A stretch of DNA of 64,000 nt from Chrysemys picta bellii (Eukaryota), in contig NC_088795.1 of assembly GCF_011386835.1 (NCBI RefSeq), positions 16,802,001 through 16,866,000 on the forward strand, given 5' to 3'. Of this stretch, positions 1 through 13,059 are shown in pieces. Every line of letters starts with the position of its first letter. The stretch's first letter is position 1. The notes beneath the pieces were generated by a model. That model was not told the DNA's origin and searched no databases. It saw nothing but the letters and a program-made list of their open reading frames with translations. Both the position numbers and the translations under genes were made by a program.

Positions 1-324
1 ATTTACCTCCAATTTTCACACACTGAAAATTAAACTGGCAACTGCTCAAAAACTTATTAAAATTATGGTGACTAAAGATATTTTGGAATCAAGTGCCAGC
101 ATTAAAATAGCTAAAACGCTGCACATAGTTTGAGGGGGGGAAATAGATTTATGCATTAAAAAGGGGGGATTTTGTTAAGGCAGCTACCTCAGAAAACTGC
201 ATGTAGTTCTATCTTATATTTGATAGTAGAAGTCACGACACAGAAAGAGTCACACTCATAACCAGGCACGGGGATGGAGGAAGAGTTTGGCTGAACTAAA
301 TGACGGCATGTTATTATTTCTCAT

Positions 325-591
325 AGGCTTGTCTACACTACAGGGACAAGTCGATCTAAGCTACACAATTTGAGTTACATGAATACCATAACTCAAGTCA
401 ACATAGCTTAGATCTACTTACCGCAGGGTCCACGCTACGCCCTCCCATCGTCTCCCCTTACTCTTCTCGATCCGGTACAGGACTCGACGGGAGAGCAATC
501 TGCGGTCGATTTAGCAGGTCTAGGACCCGCTAAATCGACCGCCGATGCATCGATCGCCATGCGTTGATCCCCCGTAAGTGTAGGTAAGCCC
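325..591. mobile_element. Harbinger/PIF-type MITE (GTCTACACT-terminal family)
   Basis: Ends ggcttgtctacactac ... agtgtaggtaagccc; internal hairpins; related to copies at 21392, 30175, 50635 and 56203. Confidence 0.7.
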
Positions 592-1932
592 TTACTACTA
601 TCACTGTATGCACAAGGCCTGGTTCTCGTTTACATCATTCTGGCAATGTCAACCTCACTTTAAGGCCTGTGCACATTCCCAGAGGGGTGTAAATGGACTT
701 AATGTGAATGAGAATAAGCCTGCATACTTCTATCTGTATACAGACATCACATAGCTAGGACTGACAAATAATCTTGTTCAGTACTATGGCCCCAGTCTCA
801 CAATCAGATTCCTGATAGTGCAAGAGGCCACATGGGTGGATCCAATCACAGGATGAGGACTTATGTCAAATGTTTTTGTTTAATGTGCACACGCACACAC
901 ACAAAATGGTCCCATTATAAAGGAAAACATCAGTTGCGTGGCCGTTGTCCCCTTCAGTTCACTCCCTTCCATTGACATTTAAATCTATGAATACATCTGT
1001 CCTTCTCACACACACAAAAATCTCACACACACCCCAAAAAACCCCACAACTGTTTCTAAATGAACATATATTTTATGCATCAGAGTTTGGAAGATTTCAC
1101 TTCTCACCAGTACTAGCCTGTTTGTTTCAGTCTGACACCCTCCAACTGGTTAAAGGCCACTTTCTTACAGAGAAAATATGGTGTCATATATCTGTGTAAA
1201 ACCAGCTCCATGAATCTGTTATAGACCATAATTTTCAAATCTGAGTAGCTTAATTAGGTATCTAAACCTATGCTTAGGCACTTGAATTAGTGGCTTGCTT
1301 TTCAGAAGAGCTGACCACCCATACCTTCTACTGAAGTCTTTGCAATATGTGGGTGCCTGACACCTAAAGAAAGGAAATCAGTGTCAGATATAGGATGGAG
1401 CAGATTACTTCCTGGAACAAGTAAGGAATCAGGGGCCACATTCTCATTTCTTGAGTCATACTGTGGTCCCTTGTCTGCCCTGGAGCAGCACAACTAAGAG
1501 TTGCTACTTGCTCAATGTTTGTGTCATAAATACTAGTATGGATTTGGGTGTCTGTTTGAAAATCTGACCATAATCTACAGTGGTTCAGAGAACTATTTAT
1601 GAAGCTAGGGACAAATCATGGTCCCAGTGCAAGGAGGTACTGCATAAACACATGATGCAGGAAATAAACAGCAATGTTTCCAGCGGACACAAAAGTTAAA
1701 GCAATACTTGAAAAACAGTGTATCTGGGTGGCAGGTTGCACAATCAGGAGATCTACAGGCTTGTGAGGTAACAGCATACTCCTCTGTTCTGCAAGCTCTC
1801 TAATGGCTGCAGATCTGCTCCTTCTCGGTGCAGAAGCTACTGCTCCTGCTGTCTCACCTCCCTGCCACAAGGAGGAGGAGTGATTGGTGCAGCTCCCCAA
1901 GTTGCAGGTGCAGTGGGGCACAGTGAGCTAGT

Positions 1933-2099
1933 ATCATAGAATATCAGGGTTGGAAGAGACCTCAGGAGGTCAGCTAGTCCAACCCCCTGCTCAAAGAAGG
2001 ACCAATCCCCCAACTAAATCCCCAAATGGCCCCCTCAAGAGTGAACTCACAACGCTGGGTTTAGCAAGCCAATGCTCAAACCACTGAGCTATCCCTCCC
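1933..2099 (-). mobile_element. Tortoise PolIII/SINE (tRNA-derived head, CR1-derived tail)
   Basis: Reverse complement reads GGGAGGGATAGCTCAGTGGTTTGAGCATTGGC...GAGTTCACTCTTGAGGGGGCCATTTGGG...CTTCCAACCCTGATATTCTATGAT. Confidence 0.9.
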
Positions 2100-3263
2100 C
2101 CCACAGAGCTATGCTTCAAACCTTGATATGTTTCTAATGTGTCCAGCGGCACCTGCGCCTGAGAAGCATGGGATAGACTTTACTCAATAGTGAGCACAGA
2201 CAGTGCTGCAGATGGTTAATATTCTACAATTGTGATATTTTTGCTCAGATTCTTGACACTTGCTGAGGGTGTAAAAATTAATATTGTATTTTTCCCAAAA
2301 CAACAGGACCTACCCCATATGCAAAGCCAGTTATTTTAATTTTGGAACGTTTAAAGAATTAAAAACAAAATGCAGTCTTTTCACACACACCCTTAGTTGA
2401 GCTGAGCATAAGACACTACCAAAACCTAACTTGTCTTACCAGTCCCTATTGGAACCCCAACAATAGCAAGCTTCCACTACAGACTGTTTGATATACTGGT
2501 GGAATTGGTAGAAGTTCAAAGGTCCTTAAACACTTCGCCGCTTGGCAGCACTTGTGAGTTTAAGACAGGGAATTGGAGGACAGCAATGCAATAGCTCTGA
2601 TCTCATGGAATCATGGGAAATTGCAGTGCCATGCTATAAAGGGTCATTATTATGTTAAATCAGTCTATTAATTCAGCTCAGGATTCTATGGCCACTGCAT
2701 AATATTAAGCACTTAGTTCTGCTCATGCAGTCTTTCCTAATGCATTGGGAACACTGTGTGCCCTAGTGAGGACAGTGAAGGACTGCATTAGAAATTACTA
2801 GTGATCTTAACATAAGATCCACGCGTCTTAACAGCCAGCATGCCTATACAATTTACTGAAGATGTTTCCATCTGTGAATATTTCCCATTATAATCTAATC
2901 TTGTCAAACTAAATGTCCTTTTTAAAATATTTCAGAAGTTAATATTTATAATAGATATTAGGTCCTATCCTGCAGCTCTCAGAAAAAAACTCCCCATTGG
3001 CTTCCAGCTCAAATTCATCTCCCAAATTGCTTTTGGGGAGGTTTGCACAACTTGAGTGCCTGCTGACACAAACATCCTCTTCCAGATTTTTGTTCTCAAC
3101 ATTCATGGTACAAGCCTTTGAAAGAAAAGGCAGCTAAAGCCCTAGTGACCGAAGTCATGTGCCAAGTATGACCGATTCCAGAATAAAAGGGTTTTTGAAG
3201 TTATATGCTGCAGGTGTGCTCAAGGCATTCGGCACCTGCACCATAGCTTAAATAAATAGAGAA

Positions 3264-3437
3264 ATCCTATCTCCTAGAACTGGAAGGGACCTTGGGTCAT
3301 TGAATCCAGCCCCCTGCCTTCACTAGCAGGACCAAGTACTGATTTTGCCCCAGATCCTTAAGTGGCCCCCTCAAGGATTGAACTTACAATACTGGGTTTA
3401 GCAGGCCAATGCTCAAACCACTGAGCTATCCCTCCCC
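3264..3437 (-). mobile_element. Tortoise PolIII/SINE
   Basis: Same tRNA-like A/B-box head; CR1-type tail variant ending CCCTTCCAGTTCTAGGAGATAGGA. Confidence 0.9.
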
Positions 3438-4119
3438 CCTCTAGTAGGAGGAGGAGGAGGAATTTCTACAGCTGCTGGACTGTCAATGACAGAGAAGAGT
3501 TTTTTCTTAATATGAGAAATTTTCATGTTCCTTTTTGGAGATGATTGTTCATACCTGCATGAACTATCTGGCTCGGGGAGGGGGGGGTTGTTCTGTGGGC
3601 AAAAGTGGACTCAGAAAGTAAAAAGCACTGAGGGTACATGACCACTACTAATCCAGCAAAGCAGAAAGTAGGAGTTCATGCTCAGCACTTCCCAGGAAGC
3701 ACTCAGTTATTTGTTCCTATAGGACTCAAAAAGGTCCTTGAACCAAAACAACACATTCCATCCAACTTCCTGGAGGTTCATCTTTCATATTTGACGTGTG
3801 CTCTTCATAATTCTAATTTTTGCAACAAGGCAAAAAATTGGGGGGTATTCAGAATATTGTCATTTAAAATGGTCACTCCAGAAATAAGCCCACTAAAGAA
3901 CACTAATTATCTCCAGCCTTACATCCTCAGACTTCTTGTTTATATGTTACATGTAATTAAAAAAAAAAAAAAAAAACACACACAACATTTAACTCCAGCC
4001 TCTTAAATGCACAGGGTCAAATGCTCTGCGAGTGTTAACTGGTGCAGCGCTAGAATTTGATCCATAATTATCTAATGTGTTTAGCAATGCATATAGAAAT
4101 TTTATTATATATATAAAAA

Positions 4120-4158
<39 letters not shown>
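4120..4158. repeat. Compound microsatellite (GT)n(AT)n
   Basis: Directly visible. Confidence 0.95.
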
Positions 4159-4159
<1 letters not shown>

Positions 4160-6315
4160 AAATTTGAATAGTATTCTTGTATAGTTTTGTGAGGCACTGT
4201 GCGATGATTAGCTGATTTGATATTTTTAAGTATCACAATTTAAATATATATTAGTGCTTTTTTAATAAGCTAAAAAAGGTTGAGTATGTAATCTGCTTTG
4301 AATTCGCTCTCCATCTGGAATGCTGAAATCTGAAGACTAATTTTAACTTACAATTGTCATTAAGTTACTAAATAATGTAGTGTTAGAAGGTTAAAATTGA
4401 GGATGTGCATTGCCGTGTGATTTTCAGTTCTTTAATGTATGCGTTAAAGTGACAGTATGGTTGAATCGAAAAAGTGTGTAGGTTAACGATTGTTTTAAGG
4501 TGGTTGTGGTCTAGCATTGCAATAACAATTGGCTACTAAAGCTTGGAAATGGGTATCAAGTTGGGTGTGATTGTTGCCTTAACTTATTACTTCCTTGCTT
4601 TTTTAAGCTTACAGTGTTGTGAGACAACAACTGTGTATCCTCAAAACTAAGTTAATGGCACGTTCTGTGGAAATCTAAATGTATGTAACATCCTCATCAC
4701 TTCCCCCCCCCCCCCCCCGCCACACTTCCAAAACCATTCTTATGTCTCCTTCAAGAGAACTACTGATACTGTATCAGCTCTCTTTTTATTTAGATATTTA
4801 TTACATATTTGCGTGAAGAATTGGGCCAATGTTTTTGAAAGCACATTTAACTATACCATATGCCTACATAAATGATCCCTATCAAACAAGTTGTAGAATA
4901 ATGCACTGGTTCATTCTGTTCTGATTTTCCTTCTTTCTCAATAGGTTTATATATATTTATCCAATTTGTTCTGTTCTTCTTGCCAAATTGCAGGTTTGAG
5001 ATCTCAACTATGCAGGGGCAGCTGTGCTATTGTTGATGTCTTACAAAACAGAGGTCACAGACTGAGCCCATATCACTAGAACAAATGACAGCTGCATGTT
5101 AACCATTATGGTATGGCCATGCAATGATCAGGGTTCATGGACCTCTGAAAGTAAGAATAAATCTTACCATGCCCTTTGGATAACATGAATTTAAATCTCA
5201 TTTTACGAAGTTATTTTTGTGCAAATTAGCCTGTTCCAAAATATATACATAAATTCAAACCAGCAAGTGACCTTTTTTCCTCCCACCCTTTACTGAAAAA
5301 GAACTTTAAAACAACCAGCATGAACATATGAAAAATCAAAGAACATTTGACCGGGAAGTCCAATCCCGTATGTATACAGCTAATGTTAGTTTTTCTCTTT
5401 GCTGCAATTGATAAGAATTTCCAGCTGTTCCAGGCTGTGAAGTCATATATCAAACAAAGAAATACACTAACACAAGACATTGTGTCTTTCAAAGAAGGTT
5501 GTTTCCAAACCCATCTCAGCAACTTCAAATAATGAAACATCTGGGCGGGACTAGTTCAAATGCCCTTTGTTTGGAGATGCCAAACAATCTCCAAAGCTTG
5601 AGTGTCCAGGCCTATCTGCCCCATGGGTGGCCTGATATATATTCCCTCCTTCCCTGCTGCCTTTCAGACCAAAATCCAAGCATCCAAAGTTGTTGTTTTT
5701 TTTTAAATGTTTCTTAGGACTAAACACGTTTGTTGAAATGCCAACGAAGAGGGAACGCAACAGACAGAGCAGACTAATGAGATGAGGCACATGTCCATAG
5801 ATACAGCTCTGAGACTAAACAGCTGGCTTCGAGGCTGTCTGTCTAGGGCTACTTCACCAGTGTGGTGTTAATTATTTAAAAGAGAGAACTGGGGAAACGA
5901 CCGCCACATCTGTCACCCACACACAGGCAGAACCTTCACTCATTGCAGGACCAGATGTGTTTATTTGAAACATATACTAACTAGCTATTTAATGGGTTAG
6001 AATCCTTAGCCAAAAGTTAATTAGGCAAACATATTAAACATCAGTCACCTTACGCAGCAGCACTTTTTTTTTTTTTTTTTTAAACTTTAATCAGTTTTCA
6101 TAGGAGGTCTTAACACCCACACGGGTGAAAAAAAAATAAGGAAAACAAAGCAAAACCACCAGACAATGAAGTGACAGTGATATACTGAATACTTACACAT
6201 ATAAAATGGTTGCCATATGTTAACATCCCATGAAAACAGCAATACACCAGGTGATTTTTTAAGGACACAAAAGAAGCTGTCTCTCGAATGCTTTAAATAA
6301 TACAGAGACAAGTAC

Positions 6316-6455
6316 CTGTCCCAGACCTGAGAAAGAACTCTGTGTGAGCTTCAGAGCTTCTCTCCTTCACCAAGAGACGTTGGTCCAGTAAAAGGTATTA
6401 CCTCACGCACCTCGGCTCTATAATATCCTGGGACCAACATGGCTACAACTACACT
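6316..6455 (+). mobile_element. Penelope-like element terminal fragment with decayed hammerhead motif
   Basis: ccagacctgagaaagaactctgtgtgagcttcagagcttctctccttcaccaagagacgttggtccagtaaaaggtattacctcac; homologous to the 27113-27295 block. Confidence 0.65.
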
Positions 6456-6955
6456 TTAAATAATACACTAATATGTGGAGGAAGAAAGGGAAGGTTTACC
6501 TCTACAGGTAACTGTTAAAAAGTGTCTACTACTCGAGTAATCTGAAGTAATTGGGAGGTAAAGTTTTACTTAGCAGAGCCAAGTCAGAAACTTTAGAAAG
6601 GATGATTGCTCTGGTTCAGCATATATTATACATATCCCAGAAGATACAAGCACTGCTATGGCAGTCTGCCTGTGTAATGAACTTACCACAAATGTGACTG
6701 GCCAATGTAACATGCTGTTGTTATGCAGGAGATTAAATTCAGAAGCAATTTTAAAATTCTGGCTCCCAGACTAGTGTCACTGAAAGCAGGAATGGGGCAC
6801 AGATATGACATGCTTCATTTCCAAGAAGAGTCCAAGGGGATGGAAAAGGGAAGCCAGTATCCTTCAGCAGCAACTATCCCTGCCAGCTATTTGATGGAAC
6901 ACCTTTCAGCTGACCGCGAATGACCTCACCGCACATTAAGCAGGCGGTACCCTTT

Positions 6956-7770
6956 TGTCTAGGTTGTCAGAAAAGGTGTGTTCCCCTTTAAGGAGGAGGA
7001 AGCCAGAGAGCTACCTGCTACATGGAGGCAGCTCTATACCAGGTCAGCATGGGGACACTGACCTAGGTGTCCCTCCCAAGTGACAGGGAGAGAAAGGGGC
7101 TATTTATGCCCACATCAGTGCAGCGAAAACCTGCTTTTGTTCACCTGGACCAAGCTGAACAGTACCCTCCCCTCCCTGCCATGGAAATAATTGAAATACC
7201 AGGTTTCATCATGAACAGTTGTGGCCATTATGCTAGTTGCTCCTTCCTCAGGAGGCTGAGAAAGAAGTTTTTCCCCTCACCACCAGATGGGCCAATGTGA
7301 GGTGGGGGTTTTTCACCTTCCCCGCAGTGGGTTGGGGGTATAATGGGGAGTTAGGTTGTGATGTCGCAACTCATTAGGTAAGCTTGGGGTAGCTATCCAG
7401 TGCAGGTACTCCATCGGGAATGGATACGGTGATCAGACAGAATGGACTGGGAAAGGATTTAAAGGCAGGATTCTTTATAGGACCAAAAACGGCATGGGTG
7501 GGAGGGTGTCCACCTATGAGCAATCTCCCCCTCTTTTTATAGTCCCCCCTTAACTCTCATTCAAAGGGAGGATTGGCGAGGTCCCAGCAGTGGGTACGCT
7601 GGGGACCAGGATGAATAAGGGCAAGGGCTGCCAGCAGCCCCCCGGGTATAGGCAAATGATTATGGAATTATCTCCACTGTACAGTTTTATCTGCCCAGAT
7701 ATTTAGGAACAAAGTGCAGCGTAATTAAACCACATTCAGTCTCCTGTCCTTCTTCCAGCATAGCCGGACA
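6956..7770 (+). mobile_element. Unclassified GC-richer retroelement-like fragment
   Basis: Composition shift, TG start and CA end, AACAAAGT...AATTAAACC near the 3-prime end; no TSD found. Confidence 0.35.
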
Positions 7771-8254
7771 ATGAGGACAGTTGTCTGTAAACCAGATTGG
7801 AGCCGTCACAGTATCAATGCATACCTCAATGCATACATCTCAGCCGTGTCTGGCTTTGCAGCACACGTTAACCTACTCTTCCTCTTAAATCTGGTGCTGC
7901 ATGCCAACCCCTGAAACTAGATGTCAAAATCAGAAAGCAGGGCTCAAAATACCAACACTCAGCTTTTTACCTAACACTTTTCACTGATAGGCTTCAAGGA
8001 ACTATACAAAGAAAGGGAAGTGTAAAGCAATGGTGGGGTGAGAGTTGTATGCTTCCACTTACGTAATGCTCATTTACTGGGCACAGAGGTTTGGTGGAGA
8101 CAGCCCCAGTTACTGGAGTGGGTTTGGGGTGGAATCTTGCTGGAGTTTTTCTGCTGGTTTTGCTTTTCTTGCATTGTTTCTTTAAATAAATGCCAAAGGT
8201 GCTCAGTGTAGCAGACAGGTATTGTAGATGGCAATAAATAAATTCATTTTAAAT

Positions 8255-8485
8255 AGGAGTACTTGTGGCACCTTAGAGACTAACAAATTTATTTGAGCAT
8301 AAGCTTTCGTGGGCTACAGCCCACTTCATCAGATGCATAGAATGGAACATATAGTAAGAAAATATATATATACATACAGAGAACATGAAAAGGTGGAAGT
8401 TACCATACCCACTGCAAGAGACTAATTAATTAAGATGAGCTATTATCAGCTGGAGAAAAAAAAAAACTTTTGTAGTGATAATCAA
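8255..8485 (-). mobile_element. Penelope-like element terminal fragment
   Basis: aggagtacttgtggcaccttagagactaacaaatttatttgagcataagctttcgtgggctacagcccacttcatcagatgc matches the recalled turtle PLE terminal repeat. Confidence 0.75.
8297..8336 (-). ncRNA. Minimal type I hammerhead ribozyme motif (PLE-derived)
   Basis: Minus strand GCAU-CUGAUGA-A-GUGGGC(UGUA)GCCCAC-GAA-AGCU-U-AUGC: intact core, 6-bp stem II, palindromic stem III, 4-bp stem I. Confidence 0.7.
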
Positions 8486-11049
8486 CTAAGTTGAGGTCTC
8501 TAGACGTTAAGTCAATACAAAATAACAACATGAATAACTTGGTTTATTAATTTGGCTCCTTCCATAATTACTAAATTTGCATTTTCGTAAAGTGCTAGAT
8601 AGGCAAGGCCCTTCGTTTTCAGTTTTTACCGATTTTTACGAGAACATTCCCAGGTTTTACAAAAGCTATCCTTAATTGTTTTTAACCCAATTTTCACCCA
8701 AGTTTTGGACCACGAAAGCACATTAGGTAGATGTGTTTATGAACTGTGCTGCTTCCTGCATCCTCAGTGTCCCGCCTGGCTGATGTGGAGAGACTATGTT
8801 TTAGGACTGCAGGAGAGAGAGCCTTAGAAGAGACAATTTGAAAAAAACTGCTGTGAGTCTACAGTACTGTCGGAGAAAAACACAGTTCTCACTTTCTTGT
8901 TGGGTGCAGCAAAGTCAGATACTTTATTATCTTTTGGAATTTATACTGAAGCCCCTTATATGAAGCATAACAGTAAACTATTTTTAAAAGAAAATATAAA
9001 ATAAAGGCTCAAACTGCTTTTACTTTCAATATTTTTATTTTTCTCTATTTGTTGGTTTTTGTTCTGGTCTCCTGTCCCCAAATATTAACCTCAATATTTA
9101 TCCCAAGAACTGTGAAGTTATTTTTTAATTTTTGTAATAGACACTGATAAATTTCAGAGAAATTTTAAACAAAATAGAAGCGAGAAATTAAAGGCTTTAT
9201 ACATAGGTGACTCAGAGCAAAAAGCCAGTAAACCTTTTGCTGAGAGCAGTTAATTCTTTCTTAAATCTGTGTTTCAGGGATGCAAGTAGCACGTTCCCAC
9301 AAACTTTCACTACAGACCACAGGGTGAGAAAATACATATGCCTGTCTGTGTTGTCACATGCCACCAAAAAACAGAAAAGAAAATAAGTGAGTCGGTCCAG
9401 GTTTGAGGATAAACTGTTTAAATAAAGGAGAATAACAAGGATCAAGAGAAAGGGAGGAACCTGCAAAAAGGAAAAGCAAGATGGTCCTTAACCAGCAAGG
9501 ACCTAATAAGACTATGTAGGACTTATTTTCTAATAAATTCAACAGAAATTAGGAGAAATAATTGGATTTCTCAAGGGAAAATGACAGTAGAATATTTGTT
9601 TTTCATCCTAGAAAACAGTTTTAGAAATTTGTAAGATACTGTACACTGGGAATAGGAAAAAAATTAGACTTCGAAGTCCTAAATAGGCTATGTTATGAAA
9701 TCCTCTATAACTAACATACAGGCTTTTTGTCTGTATTATTTAACTCAGATTTTTTTCTTACTCTTTTCTGTGATTTTTCTATATGAAAGGGTTGAGACAT
9801 AACTGAATTACAAAGAAATGGTCAAGGGAAGGAAGAGAGATGGCCCAAAAGAGAGAAACATTAAAATTAAGGACCTGAGGAATGGTAGCGTAAGGCCGCA
9901 CAATGCTGTTTTTGTTTTATAGGTCCTTCTGAGCTTCCCGAGCATTCACAAGTGAGTGAAAAAACAAATGAAGCAGCTGTTGTCAACAGGAAGAACAAAG
10001 ATTTCAATGACACAAGCTCCTCTTGTTGGGGAGTCTGGTTAATATCCAACTAAAAGCATGTTCAGAATTGGTACTTGCAGTTCAAAAATATCAAACCAAG
10101 TGCTCAACACTAGCTGGTTCATGCAATCTTAGCAGCATGCAAGATCATTTTCCACTACGTTTGTTACCCTTTGGGGACAATTCACTCTTATAAAAGTTTT
10201 TTAAAAGAGCCCAAGCGATATTTCAATGACCTCCTGTGTTCTACATGACGTACTTGCTAATTTGTTTCATTTTCCCTAGCTAATTACTGGGGTAACGTGT
10301 GTACAACATACCTTTAAAATTATTTACCAAAAAACGATACTATCTTGTGCTCCTTCCCAGGATCTTCAAACTGTTCACCATATATTAAAAACAAACTGAT
10401 CAGCTGTAACAATTTAAAGCCTCCCTCTCCTACATGCCTCTATGTGTAAATGTTTTGCAAACTAAAGCCTGAAATGTAAGAAAGATGATCCAAAACTGGA
10501 ACTGAAGTAGAATTTGGGGGATCCATACAGTAGAACTTTTATCTTCCTACCCCACCAAAACACCACCACTTTACTTGGATTTTCCTTTCCCTTTGTCTTA
10601 GACCACGATAGCAATTCATTTTGTTCAGGGCATAGTAAGCGATAGACCCTAAAAATGAAGCCAACACCACTTGAAGACGGAGCAAGTCAGGTCATTATAA
10701 CCACAGCATGCAACACAGTCAGAGCATGTTACTGCAACCAAGTCTCCGTAAGCTCCGGGGAGCAAGAGTACTACGGTTGCCCCTACACCTGGACAAACCG
10801 GTCTACGTCTGAATTTATCTATTCATTTGGGTGCTCTGCTTTGTTCATAAAAGCAAACAGATTCTGCCACTTTTACTTATGCTGAACAGTACTTAACGCC
10901 GCACAAGAAATCCCACTGAAATCAATGGGAATATGCCAAGTAAAGGAAACGCAATGGAAGGGTGTGGCAGAATCTGGCCCAAATAATTTAAAGATGGAAA
11001 ACACCTAGTACCTCCGGCAACGTATCTCCCTGAAAACTCAAGTTTGTTC

Positions 11050-11720
11050 CCTTCTGTACATTTACCAGTGGTTTGTCCCAAGTAATGCAGCTTCCACCAG
11101 TTCCCTTAGGCAATGCCAGTCTGATAACTCTGGCTGCCAGCAAGATTGTCCTGATATTCATCATAAACCTCTCCTTTCTTAATTTTGGCCCATTACTCCT
11201 AGTTACATCCCCTTTCTTCACAGGTCAATCCCTTTCCTCGTCCCTGAAATCGGTCTAGTTTGTCAGTAGCTTTCTCATAATGAAGTTCCCACAACTGAAT
11301 GCAACATCTCCAGATATAGACTGTATAAAAAGGAATTATCATTTCACTTCTCCATAATCTGATGTGCCTCTGGGCCTGCAACTCAAAATGGCATTGACCT
11401 TTTGGGCTGCCAGGTAATTTCAGATATAATTTGCCATCTTCCATCACTCTAAGTCTCTTCAATATTGCTGCTTTTTTAGGTTTCTCCCACCATCTGAACA
11501 TCTGTATTTTGCTTTCTCTCATCCCAGACACATTAGCTTGCATTTTCCCAAATTGAATTTTGTTTTCTTATTTTTGCTACTGTTTCTAAAGTCTTTAAAT
11601 GCCACTGTAATATTTTTCTGTCTTCATATACAAAACCTTCCTGTTTAGAGTTATTTGAAAATTACATTAATAAGCCTCACTTCAAGATCATTAATAAAAT
11701 TATTAAATAAGATCAGGCCT
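11050..11720 (-). mobile_element. Older CR1 LINE 3-prime ORF2 fragment
   Basis: Minus-strand peptides (KERFMMNIRTILLAARVIRL, DKLDRFQG, LWELHYEK) resemble a degraded CR1 ORF2 C-terminus; boundaries approximate. Confidence 0.7.
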
Positions 11721-11752
11721 TTCAGAGATCCCTTCTTTTATTTTTGTCACTA

Positions 11753-11757
<5 letters not shown>

Positions 11758-11783
<26 letters not shown>
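11758..11783. repeat. (CA)n microsatellite
   Basis: Directly visible. Confidence 0.95.
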
Positions 11784-13059
11784 TGCTTATTAGCTATTCA
11801 GCAAGTTACTTAAACACATAACCAATTTTAAATATGTGAGCAACACCATGCCTTCAATAGAACTATTCAATGTGTTTAAAGTTAGGCATACGCTTAAATA
11901 CCTTGCTGAACTGAGACCTAAATTCTTATTTCACATTATGGAATGAGCTAAGTACAAACACGCTGTGTCAGTTTAAATGCAGAATATGTAAAGCACAGTA
12001 TCCGTTTTGGAAGCACGCCAATGGTGCTGCAGCTACATTATGGGAAGCCCTGTACTTCTCTGCCAGTCTATTTTGATTGCAAAGCTTACTCTACAACCTC
12101 TCAATTACTTCCATTTAAACAAAAGTCTGGGATTCGCTGCACAGGCCAAATCCTGCTTGTCCTATTTACAGCAATACTTGCATGAGTAAACCAAGCAGGA
12201 TTTTAGCCTGAAGAGCTTGCACATCCAAAATCTATTACTGTAATCGTTCAGTGAGAAACTAGAGTAGACATAACTCATGTAAACCAGGAAATGGAACTTT
12301 TATGTCAGTAGATATTTACTCAGATTGTTTAATTTCAATCAAATACTGTACTGCGTGAGAGCACTGCTTCAATTTCAAAGTTATTTGATCTTATTATTGC
12401 CATCTACTCTGCCTACACATCAGCTGAAATGCGGAAACTGAGTTGAGATGAATTCCAAAGCGGTTTAAGATGCTAAAAAGGTAGAAAAATATGGTCTTGA
12501 TTCTGGTCCCATTGAAGTCAAAGGGAATTTTGCCACTGACTTCAAAGAATGGGAACCCTTTGTTTGTGCTGGATACAACTACAAATATCATTTCAAAGCC
12601 TGCATTTGAAAAACTGCCTATTAGAGGAGTAGAAATAAAAAGAGATATTAATAACAATCATTTATTTTAAAACAGACATCTGTTCCTCCTGTACAAGCCT
12701 ACGAAAAGCTGAGTCAAAGGCTCTGGGTTTTCTCTGCAAGGATTGATGACATCAGAAATATCTGCAGCAAGGAAGGAAGGAAGGAAGGGGAAATCTCTGC
12801 TCTGCTTTAGCTGCTTATGATATCCTGCAGCTACAGAAGGAGAATCACGGAAAATTAAGTGCAGGCTTTGGCAGGTAAAAAGAAGAGGAGATGGTTTTCA
12901 AATATTTTATTTAAAAATGTAATTGGGTATCATTTTTTTAAAAACTCTAAGGGTCAGACATTTGGGCAGAAGCAGCCAGGGTTTATATTAGCATCAGCTG
13001 ACATAAAACCAGGCACAGGTCCCTGCGAGCCCCAAATCTGCTGGGGGAAAGGGAAGGTT

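Noticed and set aside
1933-2099. tRNA gene (also at 3264 and 32085)
   Set aside because: The tRNA-like head runs directly into a CR1-derived tail and lacks a complete acceptor stem, so these are SINEs.
6326-6362. Active hammerhead in the plus-strand Penelope fragment (also 27179-27215)
   Set aside because: Catalytic core nucleotides are mutated (CUGAGAA or CUGAACA; AGAG or GAAG instead of GAAA).
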